Shown here piece after piece: positions 1 to 11,471 of a stretch of 64,000 bases of DNA. Source of the DNA: an uncultured Gemmatimonadaceae bacterium. GTDB taxonomy: Bacteria > Gemmatimonadota > Gemmatimonadetes > Gemmatimonadales > Gemmatimonadaceae. Both the position numbers and the translations under genes were made by a program. Where the stretch lies: the NCBI GenBank assembly GCA_963790305.1, contig CAWBOC010000005.1, positions 352,001-416,000 on the forward strand, given 5' to 3'. The notes under the pieces were generated by a model, which ran no database searches, was not told the DNA's origin, and worked only from the letters and a program-made list of their open reading frames with translations. Every line of letters starts with the position of its first letter. The stretch's first letter is position 1.

Positions 1-1
1 C

Positions 2-1327
2 CGCCTGAACAAGATCACGCGCGGGATGCGCTCGCGCGTCTACGGCAAGGCGGAGTTCTTCAACCCCGGTGGCTCGGTGAAGGACCGCATCGGGATGCCG
101 ATCATCGACCGCGCCGAGCGTGAAGGCCGTCTGAAGCCGGGCGGTACCATCGTGGAGGGAACGAGCGGAAACACGGGTGTCGGGCTCGCGATTGCCGCCG
201 CCATCAAGGGATATCGCTGCATTTTCACGATGCCCGACAAGATGTCGCAGGAGAAAGTGCGACTGCTGAAGGCCTTCGGGGCCGAAGTCATTATCACCCC
301 CACCGCGGTGCCACCCGATCATCCGGACAATTACGTGATGATGGCCAAGCGCATCGCGGAGGAAACGCCGAACGCGATCCTGGCGAACCAGTTCTACAAC
401 GACGCGAATCCCGAAGCGCACTATGCGACCACGGGTCCCGAGATCTGGGAGCAGACCGAGGGGCGGATTACTCATTTCGTGTCGTCAGCCGGAACGGGCG
501 GAACGACCACCGGCGCCGGGCGCTACCTGAAGGAGAGAAATCCCAAGGTGCAGGTGATCGTCGGCGATCCGGTGGGATCCATTCTCGCCGAGCTGTGGCG
601 GAGCAAGGGACAGACGAAGCCGGAAGGCGTTCCGTACAAGGTCGAGGGCGTGGGCCAGGACAAGCTGCCTGGAACGCTCGACCTCTCCGTCATCGACGAA
701 TATCAGACGGTGAGCGATCGTGACTCGTTCGCCATGGCGCGCCGCCTGACGAGAGAAGAAGGGCTGTTCGTCGGGGGCTCGTCCGGGCTCATCACGCATG
801 TCGCGCTCAACGTCGCGCGCCGCCTCGACGACCCGAATACGGTGGTCGTTGCCCTGCTCTGCGACACGGGGGAGCGCTACCTCTCGAAGCTGTACAGCGA
901 TGAGTGGATGCGCGAGAACCAGATGATGGAGCCGGACAAGCTCACGCTGCAATCGCTGCTCACGCGAAAGGATGGCGACACCCCGTCGGTGGTGAGCATC
1001 GCGTCCGGAGCCACGGTGCGTCAGGCGCTGCGCCTGATGACGCTGCACGACGTCTCACAGCTTCCGGTGATGGACGGCGACAGCTGCGTTGGATCCGTGA
1101 GCGACTGGTCCCTCTCAGCAAAGAGCTTGGAGAACACCAAGCTGCTCGACGCGACGATGAGCGACATCATGGAGGCGCCATTTCCGGTCGTCGAGTCGAC
1201 GCAGTCGGTCGACGCGATCGCCAAGCTCCTGTCGAAGGCCAACCCCGCCGTCCTGGTCCGCAGTGGCGGCCGCCTCGCTGGGATCGTCACGCGCTCCGAC
1301 GTCCTTCAAGTCATGATGGCACGGTGA
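2..1327 (+). CDS. cbs: Cystathionine beta-synthase with C-terminal CBS domain pair (5' end outside window)
   Basis: PLP motif NPGGSVKDR, EGTSGNTG, GTGGT, plus two CBS repeats; frame open to window edge. Confidence 0.88.
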   Translation, partial: RLNKITRGMRSRVYGKAEFFNPGGSVKDRIGMPIIDRAEREGRLKPGGTIVEGTSGNTGVGLAIAAAIKGYRCIFTMPDKMSQEKVRLLKAFGAEVIITPTAVPPDHPDNYVMMAKRIAEETPNAILANQFYNDANPEAHYATTGPEIWEQTEGRITHFVSSAGTGGTTTGAGRYLKERNPKVQVIVGDPVGSILAELWRSKGQTKPEGVPYKVEGVGQDKLPGTLDLSVIDEYQTVSDRDSFAMARRLTREEGLFVGGSSGLITHVALNVARRLDDPNTVVVALLCDTGERYLSKLYSDEWMRENQMMEPDKLTLQSLLTRKDGDTPSVVSIASGATVRQALRLMTLHDVSQLPVMDGDSCVGSVSDWSLSAKSLENTKLLDATMSDIMEAPFPVVESTQSVDAIAKLLSKANPAVLVRSGGRLAGIVTRSDVLQVMMAR

Positions 1328-1332
1328 AAGAC

Positions 1333-1425
1333 CAAGGGCTGCGACCTGCGAGCTGCGAACTGCGAACACTGCTTGTATGAGCATCCCGACGCCGTTAGTT
1401 CGCAGCTCGCAGGTCGCAGCCCTTG
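1333..1425. repeat. 29-bp perfect inverted repeat built from CTGCGAN heptamers
   Basis: 1333-1361 CAAGGGCTGCGACCTGCGAGCTGCGAACT is the reverse complement of 1397-1425. Confidence 0.9.
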
Positions 1426-3927
1426 CTTTGGCGCTTTTCATCGGCTTCCGCGGCTTCGCCCCCGCGCCGCCGGTCGGACCGTTCCTCGATCCCGTTCACG
1501 GTGTGTGGGCGGTTGCGCGCGGCTCTGAATTATCGGTGCGCAATGCGGGGCACGTGCCGGCGCTAGGCGCTGACGTCCGAGTCATCTACGATGACCGCGG
1601 CGTTCCCCACATCTTCGCCACCTCCGTCGAGGACGCCACGCGAGCCCTCGGCTTCGTCGTCGCACGCGACCGGCTCTTTCAGATGGAGCTCGCGACGCGC
1701 GCCGCCGCCGGTCGTCTCACCGAGATCGCCGGAGCGCGTGCGCTCGAGGTAGACCGAGCGCAACGATCGCTGGGCTTACCCTGGGCCGCCGAACGAAAGC
1801 TCGCCGCCATTGATACGACGAGCGCCGGATGGCGCCTGATGAAGGCGTACGCCGAGGGTGTAAACGCGTGGATTGGAAACATGGGCGAGGAGGATGTGCC
1901 GCTCGAGTACCATTTGCTCGGCGTGCGTCCGTCGCGTTGGGAACCGGTGCAGTCGATTCATCTGCTCAACCGCATGGCGTGGACGCTCGCGCACGGCGAC
2001 ATCGAGCTGCGGATGCGTCAGGTGGAGGCGCTGGTCGGACGCGAAGCGACGGCGGCGCTCTTTCCGCGCAACAGCCCGATTCAGGAGCCGATCGTGCCCA
2101 ATGGGCGGCGGGAGCCGCGAGTCGATGTGTCGACGCTTCCCGCCCCACGAATGCCAGACGCGCGCGAAGCCAATGTCATCAGCGCGCTCGACGGTTTCCG
2201 GGAGCGGCTTCGCCTCATCGACGCCGGGCTGGACGAGCCCGGGGATGCGCTCGGAAGCAACAACTGGGCTGTGTCGCCAAGCCGCACGCGGGATGGTCAT
2301 GCGCTGCTCGCGGGCGACCCGCACCTCGAGCTCACTCTCCCGTCCATCTGGTACGAGGCGCACCTCGTCGTTCCCGGTGAGATCGACCTCTATGGCGTGA
2401 CCATTCCGGGCTCTCCAGGCATCGTCATTGGGTTCAATCGCGATGTCGCATGGTCCTTCACCAACGTCGAGTCCGACGTCATGGACTATTTCGTCGAAGT
2501 CGTCGACGACCCGCGGCACCCTACGCGATATCGGCTCGATGGCGTGTGGAAACCGCTCGGATCGCGGGTTGAGCGCTACCGCGACAAGCGCGGCGACGTC
2601 GTCGCCACCGACACGGTGTTGTACACGCACCGCGGCCCGCTCACGCGAGAAGGCATGCTCTGGATCTCGACACGGTGGACGGCCCACGACACGACCAACG
2701 AAAGTGACGCGCTTGCGCGCGCCGCGCGCAGTCGTTCAGTACAGCAGTGGCTGGACGCGATGGCGACCTTTTCCGTGCCGGCGCAGAACGGCATCGTCGC
2801 CGACCGATCGGGAACGATCGCGATTCGCTCGACGGGTCGCTTTCCCATCCGCGCTCCTGGCGCACGCGGTGACAGGCTTCAGGACGGCTCATCGACCGCC
2901 AACGATTGGCGCGGTGCGTTGCCGCTTTCGCGCTATCCCTTCGCCATGGATCCGGCGCAGGGCTACCTCGCCTCGGCCAACCAGCAGCCGGTCGATCCTC
3001 GCGTGGACTCGACGTACCTCGGCGCGCACTGGTACTCGCCGTGGAGAGCGATGCGCATTAACGCGCTGTTGCGCGTCAATGCCAGTGTCACCCCTGAGGC
3101 AATGCAGCAGTACCAAACGGACCCTGGGAGTGCCCGGGCCGAGGCGTTCGCTCCAGCAATGGTTGCTGCGGCGGCGGCCATTCGTGCTTCGGGGCGAGGC
3201 GATCCCACGCTCGATACCGCCGCACGGCTGCTCGCGGAATGGGACCGTCGATACACGAAGGAAAACGAGCACGCTGTACTGTTCGAATCGATCATGAGCG
3301 CGCTGCAGGAGCTCGCCTGGGATGAGCTCGCTCGGCCGGCCCGGCCGGTGGTGCGAAATGAGCGTCGACGCGCCGTGCGTGCCCGCACCTCACCCCCGCG
3401 AGTCGATACCCCAGCCGACCAGAATGCTCGCTCTTCTGCTGCGCGATCCGTTGAGCCCCTGGTGGGACGTCCGCGGAACGCAACAGATCGTCGAGCGACG
3501 TGACGACATCCTTGCTGCCGCAATGCGCGAAGGATATCGGCGTGTGCGCGAGCGCCATGGCAGTCCTGCCAATGGAAGCTGGCGCTGGGAGCGCGTGCAC
3601 CACGCGAACATTTACCACATTCTTCGCCTCGAACCCCTGTCCCGGTTGGATGTGCCGGTTCAGGGGGGGCCATCGACCCTGAGCCCGTCATCGGGTGAAG
3701 GCCGATTCGGCGCCAGCTGGCGCATGGTCGTCGAGCTCGGCCCCACCGTTCGGGCGTGGACGATCTATCCTGGCGGGCAATCGGGAAATGCCGCCTCCAG
3801 TCGTTATGCGGACCGGGTAGCCCGCTGGTCGGCCGGAACGCTCGACCCCGTGCTCCTTCCACGAGCGGAAGGGGAGATTCCGGCGGACCGCATCGTCGCT
3901 CGGCTTACGCTCTCGAAAGAGCACTAG
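1377..3927 (+). CDS. Penicillin acylase family Ntn hydrolase, split by a 1-nt insertion near 3423
   Basis: DDRGVPHI, DRLFQM, GSNNW nucleophile, GDPHL in ORF 1377-3503; C-terminal SWRMVVEL/YPGGQSG in ORF 3322-3927. Confidence 0.85.
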
Positions 3928-4277
3928 TGCGCTTCGCACTTCGCGTTCTCCTGCTCGCTCTCTCGTTTGCGATCGGAACGTGGATTCTCGGGTGGTGGTC
4001 GGTTCCGCTCTTCGCCGCGGTGGCGGGAGTGATGGCGCGCCACGTTCGCCATCAGGGAATCGCCGCCGGTCTGGCGGCCGCCCTTGCGTGGGCAGCGTTG
4101 CTCGGATGGAGTGCGAGTCAGGGCTCGGTGTTGTCGTTCAGCCGCGTTGCCGGCGGGGCAATGGGCATCTCCGGCGTAGCACTGATTCTCGTGACGCTGC
4201 TGTTTCCCGCAGCGCTGGCGTGGCTGGCTACTGCGGTCGCGCAATTCCTCGCCCGAGGAAAACCCGTCACAAACTGA
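3927..4277 (+). CDS. Small integral membrane protein
   Basis: GTG overlaps upstream TAG; 3-4 hydrophobic segments. Confidence 0.65.
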   Translation: MRFALRVLLLALSFAIGTWILGWWSVPLFAAVAGVMARHVRHQGIAAGLAAALAWAALLGWSASQGSVLSFSRVAGGAMGISGVALILVTLLFPAALAWLATAVAQFLARGKPVTN

Positions 4278-4335
4278 TGTTCGCCTTGCCTCGAAGCGGC
4301 CGGTGACCCTAACGTGAGTGCGAGCGCGGCAGATC

Positions 4336-4362
4336 TTAACGTGCCGCCGGACGACGCGTCTA
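4336..4362 (+). promoter_or_regulatory. Candidate ECF-sigma promoter
   Basis: TTAAC-N16-CGTCTA about 30 nt upstream of ATG 4395. Confidence 0.45.
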
Positions 4363-4394
4363 CCTGGGCGTCTTCCTTCCACTAGGACGGTCCC

Positions 4395-5189
4395 ATGCGT
4401 AGGCCAGTTCTCCTCGTCGCCTCTCTCCTCATTCTGGGCAGCGTTACTGCGTGTGCGAATGACGCGACTGCGCCGTCGGAGGATGAGATTGATGCGACCG
4501 CTGAAGCGCTTGCCCTTGCCGAAGGATTGGGGTTACCAGGCACGAATGCCGATCGGGAGACGGGTTCCGCTCCCACCGGCACCGCGCGTCAGCCCTGCCG
4601 ATACAATGAAGCCGAGGGGCGGTGGGTCTGCCCACCGATCACACGCGATGGGCTGACGTTCCGGCGCTCGTTCGCGTACGCCAATGGCGATGGCAACCCT
4701 ATGCGTCGCTACGACGCGCTCCTCACTGCGGCGACGAATACACGGAACGCGGTCTCTGGAACGCTGCAACGCGAGAGCGCGACGGTCGCCATTCGCAGCG
4801 CAGGCGAGATGACCGTCGGCGGACTGCTCGGTGAGGAGACGACGCACATCCTCCATGGACGAGAGGTCGGGCAACGCACGACCGAGCTTGTCACCGATCG
4901 GGGCGCGGCGAGCTCCGTGGTGCAGTTCGCCAATCGGACCGTTGCGGTGGTGATTCCCGTGGTCCGGCGCGACGGACGCATGTTGCCCAGTCGCAGCTGG
5001 CCCCTTTCAGGCCACGTGATTCGCGAGCACGTCGTATCGCTGACACGCAATGGCGAAACGAACACGGAGCGTTGGCGCGAAACGACGGCCTTCAACGGTA
5101 CCGCGATCGTGCCCGTGGAGATCGTCAGCTCTCACGGAACGAGGAGCTGTCTCCGAAATCTCGAGACCGGTATGATGCGGTGCGAATGA
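4395..5189 (+). CDS. Hypothetical lipoprotein
   Basis: Signal peptide with lipobox-like VTAC; AGGA RBS. Confidence 0.7.
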   Translation: MRRPVLLVASLLILGSVTACANDATAPSEDEIDATAEALALAEGLGLPGTNADRETGSAPTGTARQPCRYNEAEGRWVCPPITRDGLTFRRSFAYANGDGNPMRRYDALLTAATNTRNAVSGTLQRESATVAIRSAGEMTVGGLLGEETTHILHGREVGQRTTELVTDRGAASSVVQFANRTVAVVIPVVRRDGRMLPSRSWPLSGHVIREHVVSLTRNGETNTERWRETTAFNGTAIVPVEIVSSHGTRSCLRNLETGMMRCE

Positions 5190-5194
5190 AGAGC

Positions 5195-5255
5195 CAATGC
5201 GGAATGCGGAATAGGAGCTCCTCACTCCTTGTTCCGCATTCCGCGTTCCGCATTG
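5195..5255. repeat. Heptamer (ATGCGGA) inverted repeat overlapping the mutS 3' end
   Basis: ATGCGGAATGCGGAA ... TTCCGCATTCCGCGTTCCGCAT. Confidence 0.85.
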
Positions 5256-7856
5256 ACCTCGTTGACTAGCTCGCCAAGCAACTGAATCGCCTGCAGCGGC
5301 GTCATCGCGTTCGGATCGAGGGATCGCAAGCGTTCGACGACCGGATGTGGGGCGGTGGGGAGCGAGAGGCTGAGCTGCTCGTCAGGCGCCGCCACGTGCG
5401 CTTTCCCGCTGGCGGAGCTCGCCGCCACGAGAATGACCACCCTCGAGCAGCCGGAGAATCCCCCGCGCTCGCGTCAACACTGCCGCCGGAAGCCCCGCAA
5501 GACGACCAACCTCGATGCCGTAGGACCGGTCCGCCCCGCCCGGTCGGAGCCGGTGGAGGAACAGCACTTCGCCTCCAACGTCGCGAACATCCACCGTGTA
5601 GTTGCGGACTCCAGCGAGCTCATCGGCCAGCTGCGTTAGCTCGTGATAGTGCGTGGCGAAAACCGTCTTGCACCCTACCGCATCATGCAGATGCTCGCTG
5701 ACCGCCCACGCGATGGACACTCCGTCGTACGTCGACGTCCCGCGGCCAATCTCGTCGAGCAGCACGAGGCTCCGCCGAGTCGCCGTGTGCAGGATGGCGC
5801 TCGTCTCCGACATCTCCACCATGAACGTGGACTGACCTCGTACGAGATTGTCGCTGGCCCCAACACGCGTGAACAACCGGTCGACGACACCGAGTCGCGC
5901 GCGCTGTGCGGGCACGAAGCTGCCGATCTGCGCCAACAGCACGATGAGCCCGACCTGGCGCAGAATCGTGGACTTGCCGGCCATGTTCGGACCGGTGAGC
6001 ACGATGAGGCGCGCGTCCTCCGTCAGCGTGACGTCATTCGGGATGAACTTGTCCCGAGGCATCATGCGCTCGACCACCGGGTGCCGCCCCGCCGTGATCT
6101 CCAGCGCGAACTCGTCCGTCATCTCGGGCCGTGTGTAGCCCTCTCGCTCCGCGACCTCGGCAAGCGCCGCCAGCACATCCAGCTGCGCCAGCAGCGAGGC
6201 GGCACACTGCAGACGGGCGATGCTGCGTCCCAATCGCTCCCGCAACGCTTCGATTAGCACTCGCTCGCGGGCCTCGATGCGCTCGGCGGCCGTCAGCACC
6301 TTCTCCTCGAAATCCTTCAGCTCCGGAGTGACGTATCGCTCGGCGCCAGACAGGGTCTGGCGGCGCTGATAGTCCGGGGGGACGAGATGCGCATTCGAGT
6401 TCGTGATCTCAATGTAATACCCGAACACTCGGTTGAACCCGACTTTGAGCGATGAGATGCCCGTCCGCTCTCGTTCTCGGGCCTGGATCCCGGCAATGCC
6501 ATCCCGTCCACCATCACGGATCGCCCGCAGCTCGTCCAGCTCCGCATCCACACCCGCGCGTACGGCCGGCTCGTCACCGATCGTGGCCGGTGGCCGTTCT
6601 ACGAGAGTGCGTGTAACCTCGTCCGCCAGCTCCGCGCATCCGTCCCACGTGCCAAGCACGTCCGCCAGCACCCCGCGCGGAGCCATTCGCCGAACTGCTG
6701 CCTCCACCGCCGGCATTCGCCCTAACGACGCTCCCAGGGCACCGATCTCCCGTGGAGTGGCACGGCCAGCCGCTGTCTTGCCCGCGAGCCGCTCGACATC
6801 GCGTACGCCATCGAGCGCATCGCGCAGCGCGTGCCGGGAGATGAGATCGTTCGCCAGGGCCGCCACCGCGTCGAGTCGGCGATCGATCGCTTGGCGATCG
6901 ACGAGCGGCGCGAGGATCCATTGGCGCAGCAGGCGCGCCCCCATTGGCGTACTCGTCCGATCCAGAACGCCGAGCAGTGTGCCGGAGATGTCCCGCCCGC
7001 GCATCGATTCCACGAGCTCGAGATTGCGTCGCGTCATCTCGTCGATCGGCATCGTCGAGCCGGCGCGTTCAATGACTGGACGGGCGAGATGGGGAACGCC
7101 TGCGGGCTGTAGCTCTCGCAGGTAGCGAAGCAGGGCGCCGGCCGCTGCGATCGCAAGGTCATCGCCCGGGCCGATCCCGAATCCCTCCAGGGAATGCACC
7201 CCGAATTGCCGGGCGAGCTCGGGCCGCGCAAGGTCGGCGTCGAATTCCCACGGCTCGCGCTCGGTGACGAGCGCGTCTTCCTCACGTCCGGGTGGGCGCA
7301 CCGCGTTGGGGGCGCGTGCGCCGCGTGGAACGACGACCTCGGTTGGGGAGAGCCGCGCGAGGATCGAGTCGAGATCTGCCAATGCGACGATCGCGAGCCG
7401 TGTCTCTCCAGTGGACACGTCCGCCGCAGCCAGCCCGACTCGATCGTCGCGGACGATCATCGCGCAGAGGAAATTGTTGCGCGCGCCCTCGAGCAGGTCA
7501 TCGGAGAAGGCGGCGCCTGGCGTAATCGTCTCGATCACCTCGCGGCGGACAATCCCCTTCGCGAGTCGCGGATCCTCCACCTGCTCGCAGATGGCGACCC
7601 GGAATCCGTGCTTCACGAGCCGGCGGAGGTATTCGTTGACTGCCTTCACCGGGACTCCAGCCAGCGGCACGTCGGAGGCGCCACCGTTATGCCGCGCGGT
7701 GAGCGTGAGGCCGAGCACACGGGATGCCACTTCCGCATCCTCGTAGAACATCTCGTAGAAGTCACCCATCCGGAAGAAAAGAATCGCGTCCTGGTGACGC
7801 GCCTTGATCTCCCGATACTGCTGCATGAGGGGCGTTGACGCCTCCCGCGTCGTCAC
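5222..7856 (-). CDS. mutS: DNA mismatch repair protein MutS, with a 1-nt insertion near 5432 separating the C-terminal tail
   Basis: TPLMQQY, FRMGDFYEMF, GPNMAGKST, DEIGRGT, FATHYHEL; tail (QLSL, DPNAMTPLQA) in ORF 5222-5440; GTG start overlaps upstream stop. Confidence 0.95.
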
Positions 7857-8752
7857 GGCGATTCGGCCTCCGTCACGAATGCCTCGATTCGTTTCGCCTT
7901 GAGCGAGCGCGCGGCAGCGGCCGCCGCATCGCGCGACGCATATCGTCCAATGCGCACCCGCCACAGCGCCCCGACCTTGACCACGCGCGGAGCCTGCCCT
8001 TGCGCGCTCAACTGACGATGGCGGGCGTCGGCATCCGCGCGGTTCGCGTACGCACCGATTTGCACAGTGTAGGCGGTCGCGCCACGTGCAGGTGGGCGCT
8101 GAGCCGGCGGCGTGGCGACGGCTCCTGGTCGCGCCGGCATGGCCCGCGTCGACTCTGCCGACGTCGTGCGCACGACGACGGTCGTATCGACTCCCTCGCA
8201 GCGCTGCGAGTAATACTCGAGCTGGTTCCGCATCTCAACAGCCTCAGCGGGCGTGTTGCGACGGGAGTCCTCCAGTCGCGCGCACGCACGGGGAAAGTTG
8301 CCCGCGTCGAAATGAACGCGCGCCATCCAGAAGCTTGCGCGCGCACGTGATGGCCCGGTGGGATGCTCGCGCACGACTCGCTCGAGATGTTGCATGGCCT
8401 GTGATCGGTCCCCGCGCGCCAGCTCGAGCTGGGCCAGACCAATGAGCGCGCTCTCCGCGCGTCGCGACACCGGGAACTCAATGATGATGCGCTTGTAATC
8501 ACGCTCGGCATCCGCCGCGGTAGCGGCCAGGGCGGCTCGCCAATACAAAGCCTCGACGTAGCGTGGCGAGCCCTCGGGCGCCGCCGCTAGCTCGCGCGCA
8601 ATGACCGCGCGACCCTCCTGGCCACGGCCCTCGACGACGAGGCGTTGCGCTGCGAGAAAGGTGGTGTCGGTGCTCGTGCTATCCGATTGCTGCGCGGAGA
8701 GGGCAGCGAACGGCGCAATCGAGAGACAGAGGATGCCGAGAAGACAATGCAT
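7853..8752 (-). CDS. Exported TPR + SPOR domain protein
   Basis: Signal peptide, TPR-like repeats, C-terminal YTVQIGAY...WRVRIGRY SPOR motif. Confidence 0.8.
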   Translation of the reverse strand: MHCLLGILCLSIAPFAALSAQQSDSTSTDTTFLAAQRLVVEGRGQEGRAVIARELAAAPEGSPRYVEALYWRAALAATAADAERDYKRIIIEFPVSRRAESALIGLAQLELARGDRSQAMQHLERVVREHPTGPSRARASFWMARVHFDAGNFPRACARLEDSRRNTPAEAVEMRNQLEYYSQRCEGVDTTVVVRTTSAESTRAMPARPGAVATPPAQRPPARGATAYTVQIGAYANRADADARHRQLSAQGQAPRVVKVGALWRVRIGRYASRDAAAAAARSLKAKRIEAFVTEAESP

Positions 8753-8773
8753 GAGACGTATCGGTGAACCTGG

Positions 8774-9844
8774 TTAGGCTGCTGCGCGCTCGGGGGAGCA
8801 AATGGCGAGAATCGTCGTGGCGATCACCCGGTCCTCCGTGGAGACCCGTGTGTCCTTGAGCGCAATGTCGGCATCGTACAGGAGCCCGAGCGCGCGATCC
8901 ACCGCTCGTACATCCCATCGTTCCACATCGCGCACCCAGGCCCTCACGGCATCGCCCCACGGACGGCCGGTCATGACGCTCCCGCCGGATTTCAGAAACT
9001 TCCAGTATTCGGACTCCAGTGCACGGCTGGAAGTTCCCGCCGCACGGAGGGCCGCACCGTAGCCGAGCGCCAGCATTTGCGCGGTGAGCGCCATCACGAC
9101 CGGGACGCCGCCCATCTTCGGCTGCTCCATCACGTGCGGAAGCACGGAAAGGGAGCCAGGAGCATCTCGTTGCGCCACGCGATCGAGCAGGTCGGCCAAT
9201 GTTTCTCCACGGCGCACCCCCACAACTGCTGACACGGCGTTCTCGTCGATCGTTGCCCCCGACCCCGACACATAGCTCGCCAGCTTGTCGATTTCCCCCG
9301 CGAGCGCTGGCAGATCGTTACCTACGATGCTGTGAAGCATCGCGCACGCCTCGGGGGTGATCGTGGCCCCGTGCTCCTCCTTCGCGTGGTGAGCGATCCA
9401 CTTGGGCAGACGCTCATCGTCGAGCGGGGCGAACTCGACCAGGCACGATCGGGCACGCAGGTCGTCGTCACTCTTCTTCGACTCGCCCGCCGGGGCGACC
9501 ATCACGAGCATGAGATCGGGCGCCGGCTGCGCGAGGTACCGCGTGAGCGCGCCGCGCGTGTCCTTCTTCATCGCTTGCACATCACGCAATACGACGACCC
9601 GCCGCTCGGCCATCATTGGAGGCGTACCCAACAGCGAGCCCAGCGATTCCGCATCGAGCTCCGATGCGCTGCGGATGTCGAGGTTGAAATCGCGAGTAGC
9701 CGGATCCACCGCGCTGGCGAGGAGCTCGCGAAGCGCGTCCTCCTTCAGGTAGTCATCGGCGCCGTGGAGATAGTAGACCGGCTCGAAGGGACCACGCGCT
9801 CGGATGGCCTTTCGCAGCGCCTTCTCGGCGTCAGGGGCGGGCAT
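8774..9844 (-). CDS. holA: DNA polymerase III delta subunit
   Basis: VYYLHGADDYL, DFNLD, PMMAERRVVVL, EIDKL, ADIALK. Confidence 0.88.
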   Translation of the reverse strand: MPAPDAEKALRKAIRARGPFEPVYYLHGADDYLKEDALRELLASAVDPATRDFNLDIRSASELDAESLGSLLGTPPMMAERRVVVLRDVQAMKKDTRGALTRYLAQPAPDLMLVMVAPAGESKKSDDDLRARSCLVEFAPLDDERLPKWIAHHAKEEHGATITPEACAMLHSIVGNDLPALAGEIDKLASYVSGSGATIDENAVSAVVGVRRGETLADLLDRVAQRDAPGSLSVLPHVMEQPKMGGVPVVMALTAQMLALGYGAALRAAGTSSRALESEYWKFLKSGGSVMTGRPWGDAVRAWVRDVERWDVRAVDRALGLLYDADIALKDTRVSTEDRVIATTILAICSPERAAA

Positions 9845-9860
9845 GGCAGGAATATACGCG

Positions 9861-11382
9861 CTAGGGTGGACCGTAGCCCGTATTCACGCCGTTTCCGCAT
9901 GGCGCAGCAACGGGTGCAGGGCCAGGCGCGTCCGAATCGCCCAATTCATCGCGAAGCGCTTCCATGCGTGCACGGAGCTCACCGACCATGCGTGCGTGCT
10001 CGCGCCGGCCGGCAAGGTTGTTGAGCTCGTCCGGATCGCTCGCGAGGTCGTACAGCTCCCACTCCTCCGGATGCTCCCAGAAGTGAATGAGCTTCCACCG
10101 CGCCGTTCGCACGCCTCGATGTTTCCGCACGCAATGCTCGGCCGGGTACTCGTAGTACTCGTAGAGAAACGCGTCGCGCCACGGTGCGTTTGGTTGCCCG
10201 CTGAGTATCGGCACCATGCTGCGACCATGCATCCAGCCCGGAACGGGAATACCCGCAAGCTCGAGCAGCGTCGGCGCGACATCGACGTTGAGCATCATAT
10301 GCGAGCGGTCCACGGTACCGGCACGAACGCGGGCGGGAAAGCGCACGAGCATCGGCACCCGGATCGATGGCTCGTACATCAGGCGCTTGTCGAAGAGCCC
10401 GTGCTCGCCGAGGAAGAACCCGTTGTCCGAGGTGTAGATGATGATCGTGTTCTCGGCGAGACCGTCGCGATCGAGTGCGTCGAGCAGTCGGCCGACGTTC
10501 TCATCCACCGACAGCAGCACGCGATAGTAGTTTTTCACCAGCTGCTGAAGGTTGAGTCGCTTGCGCTCGCCAGCCGGCAGCGACGGATCGACGCCGCGAT
10601 CGCGAAAGTCGGGCATGTCGGCGATCGCCATCTCGGCGCGCCGAAGCGCCTCCGGCCGTCCCGCGAGCTTGTCTTCGAACGTCCTCGGTAATGGGATCTC
10701 GACGTCTTCATAGGTGCGAGCGAAGCGCTCCGCCGGCATCCACGCCCGGTGCGGCGACTTGAACTGGTAGAGGAGGCAGAACGGACGATCCCGGGGCCGG
10801 TCGCGCAGAAACAACAGACCTTGATCACCCACAATGTCGTCGGCATGCCCACGAAGCTTCATGCGCATACCGTTCGCGATCAATTCCGGATCGTGGTAGA
10901 TGCCCTGCCCGGGAAAGACGGCCCACCGATCGAACCCGCGCGGCTCGGATCGCAGAATGCCACTTTCCGATCAGCGCGGTGTGGTAGCCAGCGCTCCGGA
11001 GCAGGTCGACGAAGGTGGGTTGCTCAGGGCGAAGGCCGGGCTGGTTGTAGTACTGCGGCCCGCCACCGTTCGTAATGACCCCGTGGGCATGCGAGTACAA
11101 TCCGGTGAGTATGCTCGCGCGGCTGGGAGCGCACAGTGCGTTGGTGACGAACGCATCGGCGAAGCGCACACCCTCAGTAGCGATGCGATCGATGTTCGGC
11201 GTGCGCAGAATCGGGTTGCCGGCGACACTCAGCGCATCGTGCCGCTGGTCATCGGTCATGATGAACACGATGTTCGGCGGCGTCGCGCGATGCGGCTGCG
11301 ACGCCGCCAGCGCATTCGGATCGAGCCGAAGCGTCGCGAGCGCGCCGAGTGCCTTGAGTGCTTCGCGGCGCGAGAGGGACAT
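9861..11382 (-). CDS. Tat-exported Cys-type sulfatase, split by a 1-nt insertion near 10956
   Basis: SRREAL Tat-like signal, PNIVFIMTDD, CAPSRASILTG, GKWH[L], TSDNG, ELYDLASDPDE across two ORFs. Confidence 0.88.
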
Positions 11383-11394
11383 GCGGAGTGAAGG

Positions 11395-11441
11395 GAGGAA
11401 GACGAGAAACCCCTCGGGAAGATGCCGTCGCATCCCGAGGG
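11395..11441 (-). terminator. Hairpin downstream of the anti-sigma gene
   Basis: CCCTCGGGA / TCCCGAGGG stem followed by a pyrimidine tract on the minus strand. Confidence 0.5.
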
Positions 11442-11471
11442 GTCAAGCTACGTCTTCACAACCGCCTGGCG

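Noticed and set aside
1377..11382. Frameshifted genes as true pseudogenes or programmed frameshifts
   Set aside because: Single identical lesion in each, otherwise intact motifs, no slippery heptamer; artefact more parsimonious
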